Translations under genes and position numbers: made by a program
Assembly (NCBI RefSeq): GCF_006345805.1
Contig: NW_021836187.1
Coordinates: 1 to 25,326, forward strand
Direction: 5' to 3'
Length of the DNA stretch: 25,326 bases
Origin: Octopus sinensis
Taxonomy: Eukaryota
Notes under the pieces: generated by a model
The model's database searches: none
Told to the model about the DNA's origin: nothing
Seen by the model: the letters and a program-made list of their open reading frames with translations, nothing else
Part shown: in pieces, positions 1 to 9,859 of the stretch
How the letters are laid out: each line of letters starts with the position of its first letter
How positions within the stretch are numbered: the stretch's first letter is position 1

Positions 1-96
1 TCTGTAGTTTTCGTCGGTGTATATTTGGCGATTTAATAAGAGTTTTGACTGTTATTTCAAGCAGGTGACATACCTAGTATGTCCTTTGATTAATCT

Positions 97-99
97 TAT

Positions 100-141
<42 letters not shown>

Positions 142-153
142 TATATATATATA
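97..153. repeat. (TA)n microsatellite
   Basis: Direct reading. Confidence 0.95.
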
Positions 154-155
154 TG

Positions 156-454
156 TATTTGTTCCTTCTCGAGCCATGCCGCTCATAAGGGCCGGTTTCC
201 CGTTTTCCTTGACGTATAGGTTCCCCGCCTGGACGGGACGCCGGTCCGTCGCAGGTGCGCTGCACGATGCAGGAGGAAAGAGTGAGAGAAAGTTGTGGCG
301 AAAGAATCAGCAGAAGTTCGCCATTACCTTCTGCCAGAGCCGCTTTGAGCTTAGGTGTTTTGCTCATAAACACACACATCGCCCGGTCTGAGATTCGAAC
401 CCGCGATCCCTCGACCGCGACTCCGCTGCTCTAACCATCAGGCCATGTGCCTCC
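156..454 (-). mobile_element. tRNA-derived SINE, group D
   Basis: Minus strand starts ggaggcacatggcctgatggttagagc (A box) ... gggttcgaatctc (B box); body contains cctgcgacggaccggcgtcccgtccagg; ends ...gagaaggaacaaata at a TA array. Confidence 0.85.
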
Positions 455-510
455 ACACACATATATATGTGTATGTGTGGGGGTGTACACACACACACAC
501 CGCATACACA

Positions 511-616
511 TAAGGGGATGCTGAAAAGTTCCTGGTTTTGGGTAAAAGAAAATACGGGAGGATCATTGAATTATGATTTTATTCAACATATCTTCCTCTC
601 AGATTTACACACTTCA
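511..616 (+). mobile_element. Left-end fragment of a probable mariner-like DNA transposon
   Basis: TA followed by aggggatgctgaaaagttcctgg, resembling mariner terminal sequences; no matching right end seen. Confidence 0.5.
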
Positions 617-812
617 GATTACAAGGATTAGAAAATCCTTGACTGTTATTTCAAGCAGGTTGACATACCTAGTATGTCTTTTGATTAATTTTAATCCCTC
701 AGCTATTTAATGCTATTTTTTGGCCGGCTATCGCCTGTGTCATTGATGCTGTTACTATCATTTTTAAATTGCTACATTGGATAATAATAGAATTAATAAC
801 ACCTTCGTAAAT

Positions 813-814
813 TA

Positions 815-861
<47 letters not shown>

Positions 862-862
862 T
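813..862. repeat. (TA)n microsatellite
   Basis: Direct reading. Confidence 0.95.
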
Positions 863-1520
863 ACCACAATTGAAAGAAATTGCGTCTTGTTTCTACATAC
901 TAACTTCAATGTACCATGTACGAGCCGATTGTGCTCGTACAAGACCTCAACCTCGCAACACTGAATGGATCCCGATGGAAAATAGTTCGAATTTTGATTA
1001 CACTATCTTGGTGAAGGATGTTCTCAGTCCAACACACACACAAAAGACAAGAACATTTTCATAGGTGAATGCAATTAATTAAAATTGAGACGTTTAATAA
1101 AACTGCAAAATAATAAAACTGCAAGAGTATTGACTTTAAAATTATAAGAATTCCTATACTTTCAGACAGTTATGAAGTGAAATATTTTTTAAACAGTAAA
1201 ACGCGCAATAAATATAGTTTTACCCACATCGAACTTCACCGTTCAAATTATAATTTACTGTGTGTCTCTCGAAGTTTTTGAATTCTCATAATGTAAAAAC
1301 AATTTATAATTTGCGCTCATAAGAACAAAGCTTATAAATGGATCGTCCAAGATTCAGAGTTATTATCTGGAATAATGGCTAGAATGTCTGTTATGTTTGC
1401 GATCAATGTAAGTTCCAGTTCCACAAACCACCATCAACTCTCTTTACATCCAAGGGTCTTTTTTTTCAGCCCAATATTCTATACGCTATTATTTATAACT
1501 TCTTTTTTTTTTTCATTAAC

Positions 1521-1714
1521 CTGACAGAATCGTTAGTACGCCGGGCGAAATGCTTAGCATATTTCGTCTGCCCTTACGTTCTGAGTTCAAATCCCGCCGA
1601 GGTCGACTTTGCCTTTTATCCTTTCGGGGTCGATAAATTAAGTACGAGTTACGCACTGGGGTCGATGTTATCGACTTAATTCGTTTGTCTGTCCTTGTTT
1701 GTCCCCTCTGTGTT
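1521..1714 (+). mobile_element. SINE group A, tail type ii, 3'-truncated
   Basis: Family core gttcaaatcccgccgaggtcgactttgccttttatcctttcggggtcgataaattaagtac, then tttgtctgtccttgtttgtcccctctgtgttt; cut off before the AATAAA end. Confidence 0.9.
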
Positions 1715-1797
1715 TTAAAGATATTGGTGGTTTTAAAGATATTTCAAAATTATGATGCTATGAGTGCAGGTGTTTCCATTACTTTGTCCAACCCCTG
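1712..1797 (+). mobile_element. Orphan right end (TIR) of a Tc1 element
   Basis: Reverse complement of 1769-1797 (caggggttggacaaagtaatggaaacacc) matches the TIR at 5891-5919 at 26/29 nt. Confidence 0.8.
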
Positions 1798-1931
1798 TGT
1801 ATATATGTATGTATATGCATATATATGTGCGTATATGTATATATATATATATATATATAATATATATATATGAATGTGTGTGTACTTATATGAATATATA
1901 TATACATATCCTTATACATAATCTCTCTCTT

Positions 1932-1967
<36 letters not shown>

Positions 1968-1977
1968 CGTATATATA
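1798..1977. repeat. Compound TA/CT microsatellite
   Basis: Direct reading. Confidence 0.9.
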
Positions 1978-2380
1978 GATGGGATGTATGAAACAGCGCC
2001 GCAGCAACAGCAACAACTGTTTCGAATTCTTTGATAAAATGTAGAAATGGCTGCCCATTTCCAAGCCATGCTGGGTTCATTAAGTAGAAGACTTTCAGAA
2101 ATACTCATCAAGACATTCCTTATTCTCGCTTATTTCCGGTGTAAAATGTGAGTCAGTGCTCCATCTTCAATAGTAATAATAATAATAATAATGAACTGAT
2201 AAGTAATTAGCGCCACTAATTCCTCATTTCTCGGCAAGTCAATTGTTGTACGAGTTTCTATAATTGCATACCAGCAAATATGATTTTGGTGCAAAAGATG
2301 AAAGACGCCCACATCGCTAGAAAAGCGTGCAGGTGCGGATGAAGAAGATTCACGGTGGAAATATTTCCCTATTACTTGTC

Positions 2381-2921
2381 TAACTGGTACTCCGTCGGTT
2401 ACGACGACGAGGGTTCCAGTTGATTCGATCAACGGAAATTCCTGCTCGAGAATTTGAAGTGCGAGTGGCTGAGCACTCTGCAAACACGCGTGCCCTTAAT
2501 GTAGTTCTCAAGGAGATTCAGCGGACACAGAATGTGACAAGGTCGGCCTTTTGAAATACAAGCACTTCTCATTTTTGGCAGCTGAGTAGACTGGAGCAAC
2601 GTGAAATAAGATGAGTTGCTCACGGACACTACGCATCGCCGAGAATTGAACCCACGACCTTAGTACCTATTTCTTTATTACCCACAAGGGGCTAAACACA
2701 GAGGGGACAAACAAGGACAGACATAGGTATTAAGTCGATTAACTGGTACTTAATTTATCGACCCCGAAAGGATGAAAGGCAAAGTCGACCTCGGCGGAAT
2801 TTGAACTCACAACGTAACGCAGACAAAATACCGCTAAGCATTTCATTCAGTATGCTAACGTTTCTGCCAGCTCGCCGACCTTAGTACCGAGAGCCAAGTA
2901 CCCTAACCAGTATACCACACG
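2381..2921 (-). mobile_element. SINE group B (CORE-like central domain), tail type i, interrupted by a group A SINE
   Basis: Minus strand: tggtatactggttagggtac (A box) ... gtgggttcaattc (B box) ... gtgtccgtgagcaactcatcttatttcacgttgctccagtctactcagctg (CORE-like) ... aactggaaccctcgtcgtcgtaaccgacggagtaccag. Confidence 0.85.
2668..2875 (-). mobile_element. SINE group A, tail type ii, nested in the group B SINE with 13-bp TSD
   Basis: Full head gcgagctggcagaaacgttagc, family core, ends ...gtgggtaataaagaaata; cgaccttagtacc at 2655-2667 and 2876-2888. Confidence 0.93.
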
Positions 2922-3014
2922 ATTTTACTATTACTTGTTTAAAACATATATGCATGCTATGTGTATTTTACGTGTGTGACGACGACAGCGATAACGGAAT
3001 ATACCTGGCAACTT

Positions 3015-3301
3015 TAGATAGACCATAACATTAGATAGAATATAACGTAACACTAGATAGGCCATGACGTAACATTCGATAGACTATAGCGTAACATTAG
3101 ACAGACTATAGCGCAGCATTAAATAGACTATAATGTAACATTAGATAGATTATAACGTAACATAGACTATAGCTTAACATTAGATAGATTATAACGTAAC
3201 TTTGGATAGACTATAGCGTAATATTATATAGATTATAACATAAGATAGATTAGAACGTAACATTGGATAAATATGACGTAATATTAAATAGACTGTAACG
3301 T
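3015..3301 (+). repeat. Minisatellite, ~14 degenerate units of ~22 bp, consensus TAGATAGACTATAACGTAACAT
   Basis: Units read directly; several shortened to 16-18 bp; no spacers. Confidence 0.9.
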
Positions 3302-3584
3302 TTTGTGTTGTACTTTTCTGTGAGATATTCTGTTAAATTTCTTTCTTAACAGCAGCAAGTACTTGTGGAGCTTTTGTACTGTCTTGCCTCCTAGGTTCTG
3401 ACTTTACGGACAGGAGCAACTGCCTCACGCTAGTCGTTACACACGTTAGATTCTATCTAGTTTTTATTTGGTCTAGTCTGTTCTTAGAGAAAATCCTATG
3501 TTCAGAGCCATATTTAACAGGTCTGTAACTTAACGCGGAAAATGATGTGGAGATGTTCTTCCACCCTTATGATAAATAAGCTCT

Positions 3585-3746
3585 TGTTGGTGTGTTTACG
3601 TCCCCGCAAATTAGCCGTTCGGCAAAATAAATCGACAGAATAAGTACAAGGCTTACAAAGACTAAGTCCTGGGGTAGATTTGTTCGAGTAAAGGCGCTGC
3701 TCCAGCATGGCCGCAGTCAATTGACGGAAACAAGTAGAAGAATAAA
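3585..3746 (+). mobile_element. SINE group C, 3' half only
   Basis: tggtgtgtttacgtccccg ... gctccagcatggccgcagtcaa ... gaaacaagtagaagaataaa, matching the tails of copies at 4401, 10172 and 20023. Confidence 0.88.
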
Positions 3747-3777
3747 TATATGTATATATATTTATATATGTACACAT

Positions 3778-3819
<42 letters not shown>

Positions 3820-3887
3820 TATATGCATGAATATACATATATACATAAATATACATACATATAAATCCATATATACATGCATATATA

Positions 3888-3919
<32 letters not shown>
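3747..3919. repeat. TA/TACA compound microsatellite
   Basis: Direct reading. Confidence 0.9.
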
Positions 3920-3923
<4 letters not shown>

Positions 3924-4209
3924 CCGCAACCACATGGTTTGGAGTTCGGTCCCTTTCGGCATATATAGCTTGACGAACGCCTTATAAGGGAATTTGATAA
4001 TCGGAAAATGTTGAGTGACTGCGTGGTGGTTACACCATTGACTCTTGACAAGTTTTGGGAAGCGTTCAAGGTCAGAGAATAAATGCACTGGGAGAGATAG
4101 AACGTGACCATTGTTGTTGCCGTGGTTGGGGATTTTGATGTTGATGCTATCGTTTAAAATCCCCCTTAAAGTAGCGAACTACTGGAATCGTTAAAACATT
4201 AGAAAAAAT

Positions 4210-4378
4210 GCCGTGCAGTATTTATCTCAACTCTTTACGTTCAGCGTTCAAATTCCGCTTTGCTTTACATTCTTCCGGGGTCGATACACAAAGTACCAGT
4301 GACTTACTGGAGTTTATGGTATCGACTTACACACTCTCTTCAAAACTGCTAGCCGTACACCTAAATTAGAAGCAGTTT
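4210..4378 (+). mobile_element. Degraded SINE group A
   Basis: ctttacgttcagcgttcaaattccgc ... ttccggggtcgatacacaaagtaccagt, homologous to the family core. Confidence 0.7.
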
Positions 4379-4400
4379 TTATCTAATTCCTTATCAGTCT

Positions 4401-4536
4401 ATAGGCGTAGGAGTGGATTGCTTACGAACCATATATTTCCGGGTTCAGTCCCACTGCACGGCACATTGGGCAAGTGTCTTCTACTACCAAAGCCTAGTGA
4501 GTGGATTTGGTTGACGGAAACTGAAAGAAGCCCGTC

Positions 4537-4571
<35 letters not shown>

Positions 4572-4793
4572 TATGTTTGTGTGTCTGTGTTTGTCCTCCC
4601 AACATCTCTTGACAACCGATGCTGGTGTGTTTACGTCCCCGTAACTTAGCGGTTCGGCAAAAGAGTCCGATAGAATAAGTACTAGGCTTACAAAGAATAA
4701 GTTCTGGGGTCGATTTGCTCGACTAAAGGCGGTGCTCCAGCATGGCCACAGTCAAATGATTGAAACAAGTAAAAGAGAGTAAAAAAGAGAAAG
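4401..4793 (+). mobile_element. SINE group C, near full length, with internal (TA)n
   Basis: ataggcgtaggagtgg head, ccgggttcagtcccac B-box-like motif, ttgggcaagtgtc, internal TA run, common C tail. Confidence 0.9.
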
Positions 4794-5397
4794 TCTTAAA
4801 CATGACTGCCAAAAATCCAAGGCGTGCCATCCATTTGCTTACTGTATTGTTTTCTAAAAATAGCATATATAGAACTATATAACCTAATATTGTAGCTCAT
4901 ATTTGAAAGAGATTTGACTGTTATTTCTAGAACTTTAGGGTGGTCCTGTGGAGACTCTCATTGAATCGTTAGCAGGTGTCTGGGGTAGGGTAGCTAAAGT
5001 AAGCAATTAGTCACAGCCATTCATAATTAACAATATTCCTACACACCTTAATTATTAATTTGAAATTCCTTGGATCCCTTCCAATTTTTGATACCCGTAA
5101 TAAACAATATTTTTTCAGGCATGTACGAAAAAATAAAGGGGTGGATTTAATAAGCAGGGCCACATGTGTATTGTGATGACACATTGATGATAAATGAATT
5201 ACGGAAACGCATAAACATGCATGCACGCGTCCTCCCCCCATATACACACATGTATATATATACTCATATAAACACGTATACACACCCTTAACAGATGTAT
5301 AGCTACTGAAGTATGATCAGCAAATATTTTAAGATGTTCTATGAGACAATTGTGGTGTATATACATACATAAATGTATGCATTCTTGCGTATGTATA

Positions 5398-5607
5398 TGT
5401 GTGTGTATGTGTGTGTGTGTGGTGTGTGTGTGTGTGTGTGAATGTGCGCGCGTGTATGTGTGTGACTGTGCGTGTTTGTGTTTGTGTGTACGTGTGTGTT
5501 TGTGTATACACGTACAAAGGAAGCCGATCGTGAATTACACATATGCGCATCTGCATACCTACGCACGCACACACGCGCGCACACACACACAACACACACA
5601 CACACAC

Positions 5608-5647
<40 letters not shown>
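5398..5647. repeat. (TG)n block followed by (CA)n block
   Basis: TG-rich ~5398-5510, CA-rich ~5565-5647. Confidence 0.9.
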
Positions 5648-5649
<2 letters not shown>

Positions 5650-5732
5650 TAATTATCTATCCATCTTTCTATCAACAGATATGAAGCGAAAGCCGCTCAT
5701 TGTAATCAGGTTCATGTCAAATCGCGTTACTC

Positions 5733-5765
5733 CCTCTCTCTCGCTCTCTTGCTCTCTCCCTCTAT

Positions 5766-5805
<40 letters not shown>

Positions 5806-5870
5806 TGTGTGAGTGAGAAAGAGAGAGTGAGAGAGAGTGAGAGAGAGTGAGATAGAGAGATAGGGAGAGA
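5733..5870. repeat. Compound CT/TA/GA microsatellite
   Basis: Direct reading. Confidence 0.9.
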
Positions 5871-5890
5871 GCATCGCAAATTGACATATA

Positions 5891-6780
5891 CAGGGGTTGG
5901 ACAAAATAATGGGAACATCTAGCATCATCTATAAATCCATCAAAACCTTGTTTATTTTTATATTTTTTGTTTTATTTTTAGTGTTGCTTAATATGTTTTG
6001 CTAAAATTGCTGTTTCTTTTCAGATATCATCAGAAAAAGATAATTAAAATTCGTTACAATGACAGATCTATCGGACTTTCAAAGAGGTCAAATTGTTGGT
6101 GCTCGTATGGCACGTGCTAGCATAGTGGAAACAGACGAAATGTTTGGTGTATCAAGAAGTACTATCTTGAAAGTAATGACAGCCTTTGAGAAAGAAGGAA
6201 ACACCTCCTCGTCGAAACAAAACTCCGGAAGAAAACCAAAACTTTCAGAAAGGATCACAAAAGTACAGTTCCCAAAATTACTGCAGAGCTTAATGACCAC
6301 CTCGAGAACCCAGTTTCCACAAAAACTGTTCGCCGGGAGCTCCACAAGGCCGGATTTCATGGGAGGGCTGCAATCAGAAAACCACTACTATCTAAAACAA
6401 ACGTTGCAAAGAGTTTAGAGTGGAGTAAAAACCTATAGAATTGGTCCTTAGAGCAGTGGAAGAATGTTATTTTCTGTGACGAGTCATCCTTTACCTTTGT
6501 TTCCAACCACTGACCGAGTATAGGTGTGGAAATAGCCAAAAAAAAAAAAGCATTTGACCCAGACTGCCTTCTTCTAATTGTTAAATATAGAGGAATATCT
6601 GTGATGATCTGGGGTGGAGCGCTGTATCTTGGAAATCCACCGGCCCAGTGGTTACCCTTCACGGCAGAATTAACAGTCAAGACTATTTAAGCATTTTATC
6701 TGATCAAATTAATACTATGGTTGCGGAACTGTTTCCAGGGGGGAAATCAATCTTTCAGGATGATAATGCACCAATTCACA
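5891..6780 (+). mobile_element. Tc1-family DNA transposon, left end through second catalytic Asp, 3'-truncated
   Basis: TA at 5889-5890 then TIR caggggttggacaaaataatgggaacatc; transposase remnants downstream. Confidence 0.93.
6059..6779 (+). pseudogene. Tc1 DD(34)E transposase pseudogene
   Basis: MTDLSDFQRGQIVG... N-terminal HTH region and GRKPKLSER motif; after a frameshift, TKTVRRELHKAGFHGRAAIRKPLL; stop at 6436-6438; WKNVIFCDESSF (D at 6478-6480); IFQDDNAPIH (6750-6779); third catalytic residue absent. Confidence 0.93.
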
Positions 6781-6977
6781 ATAAATTATTATTGATATCC
6801 TCATCATCCTCATTGTCGTCGTCGTCGTCATCGTCATCCTCATCATCAACATCATCATCGTCGTTGTCATCATCAACATCACCATCAGCACCACCACTAC
6901 CACCACCACCACTACCATCCCTAGCAGCAGCAGCAGCACCACCACCACCAGATCAACATAATCACCATTATCGGCTG

Positions 6978-7023
<46 letters not shown>

Positions 7024-7035
7024 GCCATCATCGTT
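6781..7035. repeat. Compound trinucleotide array (ATT, CAT/CGT, CAC, CAG, CAT)
   Basis: Direct reading. Confidence 0.9.
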
Positions 7036-7040
7036 AAGTC

Positions 7041-7241
7041 GATGAACTGGCGGAATCTTTATAAATACTCAGCGTCATTTCGTCCGTCTTTACGTTCTGA
7101 GTGCTAATTCCACCGAGGTCGACTTTGCTCTTCATCCTTTCGGGGTCGATAGAATAAATACCAGTTGAGCAATGGAAGCCGATGTAATCTTCTAACCCCA
7201 TTCACCCTAAATTTTAGGCGCCTTGTGCCTATAGAAGAAAA

Positions 7242-7242
<1 letters not shown>
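7041..7242 (+). mobile_element. SINE group A, tail type i, diverged
   Basis: ccgaggtcgactttgctcttcatcctttcggggtcgata core; ends gccttgtgcctatagaagaaaac then (ATT)n. Confidence 0.85.
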
Positions 7243-7317
<75 letters not shown>

Positions 7318-7432
7318 TTATTATTATTATTATTATTATCATCATTCTCTCCATATTCTCCTTGTTATTGTTGTTTTTTTTCTTCATCATCATCATCTCC
7401 ATCTTCTTCATCTACCTTCATCATCGTCGTCG

Positions 7433-7472
<40 letters not shown>

Positions 7473-7545
7473 TCATCATCATCATCATCATCATATTCTT
7501 CTTCTTCTTCTTCTTCTTCTTCTTCTTCTTCTTCTTCTTCTTCCT
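7243..7545. repeat. (ATT)n-(CAT)n-(CTT)n compound array
   Basis: Direct reading. Confidence 0.95.
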
Positions 7546-7867
7546 TCTTTTAATCGCCAGAAATGTACAAAAGTGGAATCTTTTGACTTCTGAGTCAGTT
7601 ACGTTACTTTCTGTCGCTTAAGAAAAAAAAAAAAAATTAATGTGTGTGTGTGTGGGGGGGGGGGAATTATATTTGTCATAGAAACAGATTTGTGGGGTGT
7701 GTGTCTTTTCAAAAAAATATCTCGGTGTGAATTATGCAATCTTAACCCTATATACCCCTAAAGAAAATGGTAAGATTTGAAAAGCTTGTAGCGCCGTTGG
7801 GTATTGATTAAAAATGAAAATATATTCTACATTCTAATGCGTATGACTAGTTTTCTTAGTCACAGAA

Positions 7868-7893
7868 TATATATATATATATATATATGTTTA

Positions 7894-7932
<39 letters not shown>

Positions 7933-8002
7933 CGTCTATCTATCAATTCACACATATACGTATATACTTACGCATGTATGTACGTATATATGTATATATA
8001 TG

Positions 8003-8046
<44 letters not shown>

Positions 8047-8110
8047 TATATTTATATGTATGTATGTATGTATGTATGAGTGTGCATGTGTGTATGCGTG
8101 TGCCTGTATA
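7868..8110. repeat. TA/TATG compound microsatellite
   Basis: Direct reading. Confidence 0.9.
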
Positions 8111-8594
8111 TGTACATATGTATGCCAATATATGTAATTGTGTGTGCGTGCATGCGTGACAGAGCGTGTTTCGTCGGGTATGTATACCTTTTACATATCT
8201 GTATACGTGTCTGTATATACGTATGCGAATGTGAAAATGACTCAAAAAGCTTCTGGAATTTCTCCCTACCTTGGTCATGATACAACATTACATCACGTTA
8301 GCGTTCTCTTATGTCATCCTCACCTCATTTACCCTTGCATATCACTGATTTTGTTATGTCACATGTATTATCCTCAGACTCCTACAACATGTCGACGCTC
8401 CCTTGAACACGACAATTCGAGTACAAAGGTGAGGAATTCAGGGTGAATAGAAGAGAGAGACGCCAAGGATAATGTAGATTCTGTGGATATGATGTCGTCT
8501 TGTTCTTAAAAAGAACCCCAAAAATCAAATTATTGAAGGAAAAAAAATGGCGGCATTAATGTTGGCGGTGGGCATGTACTAATGCACGCATATA

Positions 8595-9015
8595 TTACAA
8601 TAACAACAAAATCGATGATAGCAACGATAATGGCAGCAGCAAACACAGCAAGAACAATAACGCCAATAGCACGGATGACGGCGACATCAATAACGAAAGC
8701 AGCAAGAATGAAACAACGACAATAGTAAGAATAGCGACAACATCAACTGCAAAACAATGGCAAATTGTGAGAACGCAACCGCCATTATTAACATCTTCGT
8801 CTTCGATATTATTACGACAACGACGACGGTCAATAACCGTCACCGCTATCATCATCGTCCTCATACTCATCGTCGCCCCCATCGTCGTCGCCACCGTCGT
8901 TGCTGTGATGGTGGTGGTAGTGGTCGTCGTCGTTGTCGTTGATTTCGTCATCGTCGCTGTGTTCCTCGTTGTCATCATCATAATCGTCGTCGTTATCGCC
9001 GTCGTCCTCATCATT
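8595..9015. repeat. Degenerate trinucleotide array (AAC/GAC switching to CGT/GTT)
   Basis: Direct reading. Confidence 0.85.
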
Positions 9016-9136
9016 TCAGTGGTTCTAGTTTCTGTATATTGCCCCGTACTTTTAAGGAATTTAGCAGTTATTTCTTGCAAATTCAGAGACCATATAAAAG
9101 TTCACTTGCTTGTATTTTCAAATAGACGTGAACAAA

Positions 9137-9337
9137 ATTCTTTTCAACTCTAGGCACAAGGCTCCAAATTTTGGAGGGGAGGGGGGGCAGTCGATCAGAT
9201 CGATCCCAGTGCTCAACTGGTACTTAATTTATCGAGCCCGAAAGGATAAAAGATAAAGTCGACCTCGGCGGAAATTGAACTCGGAACGTAAAGACAGACG
9301 AGATACCGCTAAGCATTCTGCAAGTTCGCTGCCTTAA
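9137..9337 (-). mobile_element. SINE group A, tail type i, with a small head deletion
   Basis: cgaaaggataaaagataaagtcgacctcggcgg on +; tail ttcttttcaactctaggcacaagg. Confidence 0.9.
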
Positions 9338-9344
9338 TGATAGA

Positions 9345-9627
9345 AGTATTTTATAAGCTTAAATCTTATAATCGATCACAGCATAATGACTAAAGAAAAT
9401 TGTCTAAATAATGGGGCATATTAGCCCTCAACAGAAAAAAAAGTAGGAATTTACAGTATGCGTGGGACTCGAACCCACGTCTCTTTGTTTACGCGACCAA
9501 GTGTGCTACCGTTACACCAACGAACAAACCTGCGTATTACTGTAGGATTTAAGAACTATAATTAGTTCGTATTTGTTTTTGTAATCAAACGTTCATGTCC
9601 TTTACTGCGATGGTTTTGTTAAGCAGC
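9345..9627 (-). repeat. Repeat unit X, copy 1 (upstream flank + tRNA-like module + downstream flank)
   Basis: Reverse complement aligns end to end with 9860-10134, about 80 percent identity by eye. Confidence 0.9.
9454..9526 (-). pseudogene. tRNA-like sequence, Thr(CGT)-like, 73 nt
   Basis: D arm GTGT-AACGGTA-GCAC; anticodon arm CTTGGT-CGCGTAA-ACAAAG (one mismatch, G at position 33); perfect T arm GTGGG-TTCGAGT-CCCAC; decayed acceptor stem; T8 run 12 nt downstream. Confidence 0.7.
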
Positions 9628-9631
9628 AGCC

Positions 9632-9775
9632 AACACAAAGCGGTGTGGGTTCGAGTCCCACGCGTACGGAAAAAATACATTTTTTCTGTATAAGGCTTAT
9701 ATGCCTCACTATTTAGACTATTTACTTTAGTCATTGCGCGGTGATCGCTTAGAAGCTTTAAGTTTATAAAATACT
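9632..9775 (+). repeat. Repeat unit X, copy 2 (T arm onward only)
   Basis: gtgggttcgagtcccacgcgtacgg ... gtgatcgcttagaagctttaagtttataaaatact. Confidence 0.88.
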
Positions 9776-9778
9776 ATA

Positions 9779-9838
<60 letters not shown>
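9776..9838. repeat. (ATT)n microsatellite
   Basis: Direct reading. Confidence 0.95.
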
Positions 9839-9859
9839 TACTGAATTGTAAAAATTGAC

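Larger units (their letters stand above)
45..689 (+). repeat. ~50-bp direct repeat pair (45-94 and 639-689), each with an internal GACATAC-CTA-GTATGTC hairpin
   Basis: ttgactgttatttcaagcagg(t)tgacatacctagtatgtc(c/t)tttgattaat occurs twice; the first ~14 nt recur at ~4914-4927. Confidence 0.9.

Noticed and set aside
3015-3301. CRISPR-like array
   Set aside because: Units are directly tandem with no spacers, are degenerate, and the context is eukaryotic with no cas genes.
1769-5919. One composite Tc1 element spanning 1769-5919
   Set aside because: The TIRs face away from the intervening DNA, so they do not enclose it.
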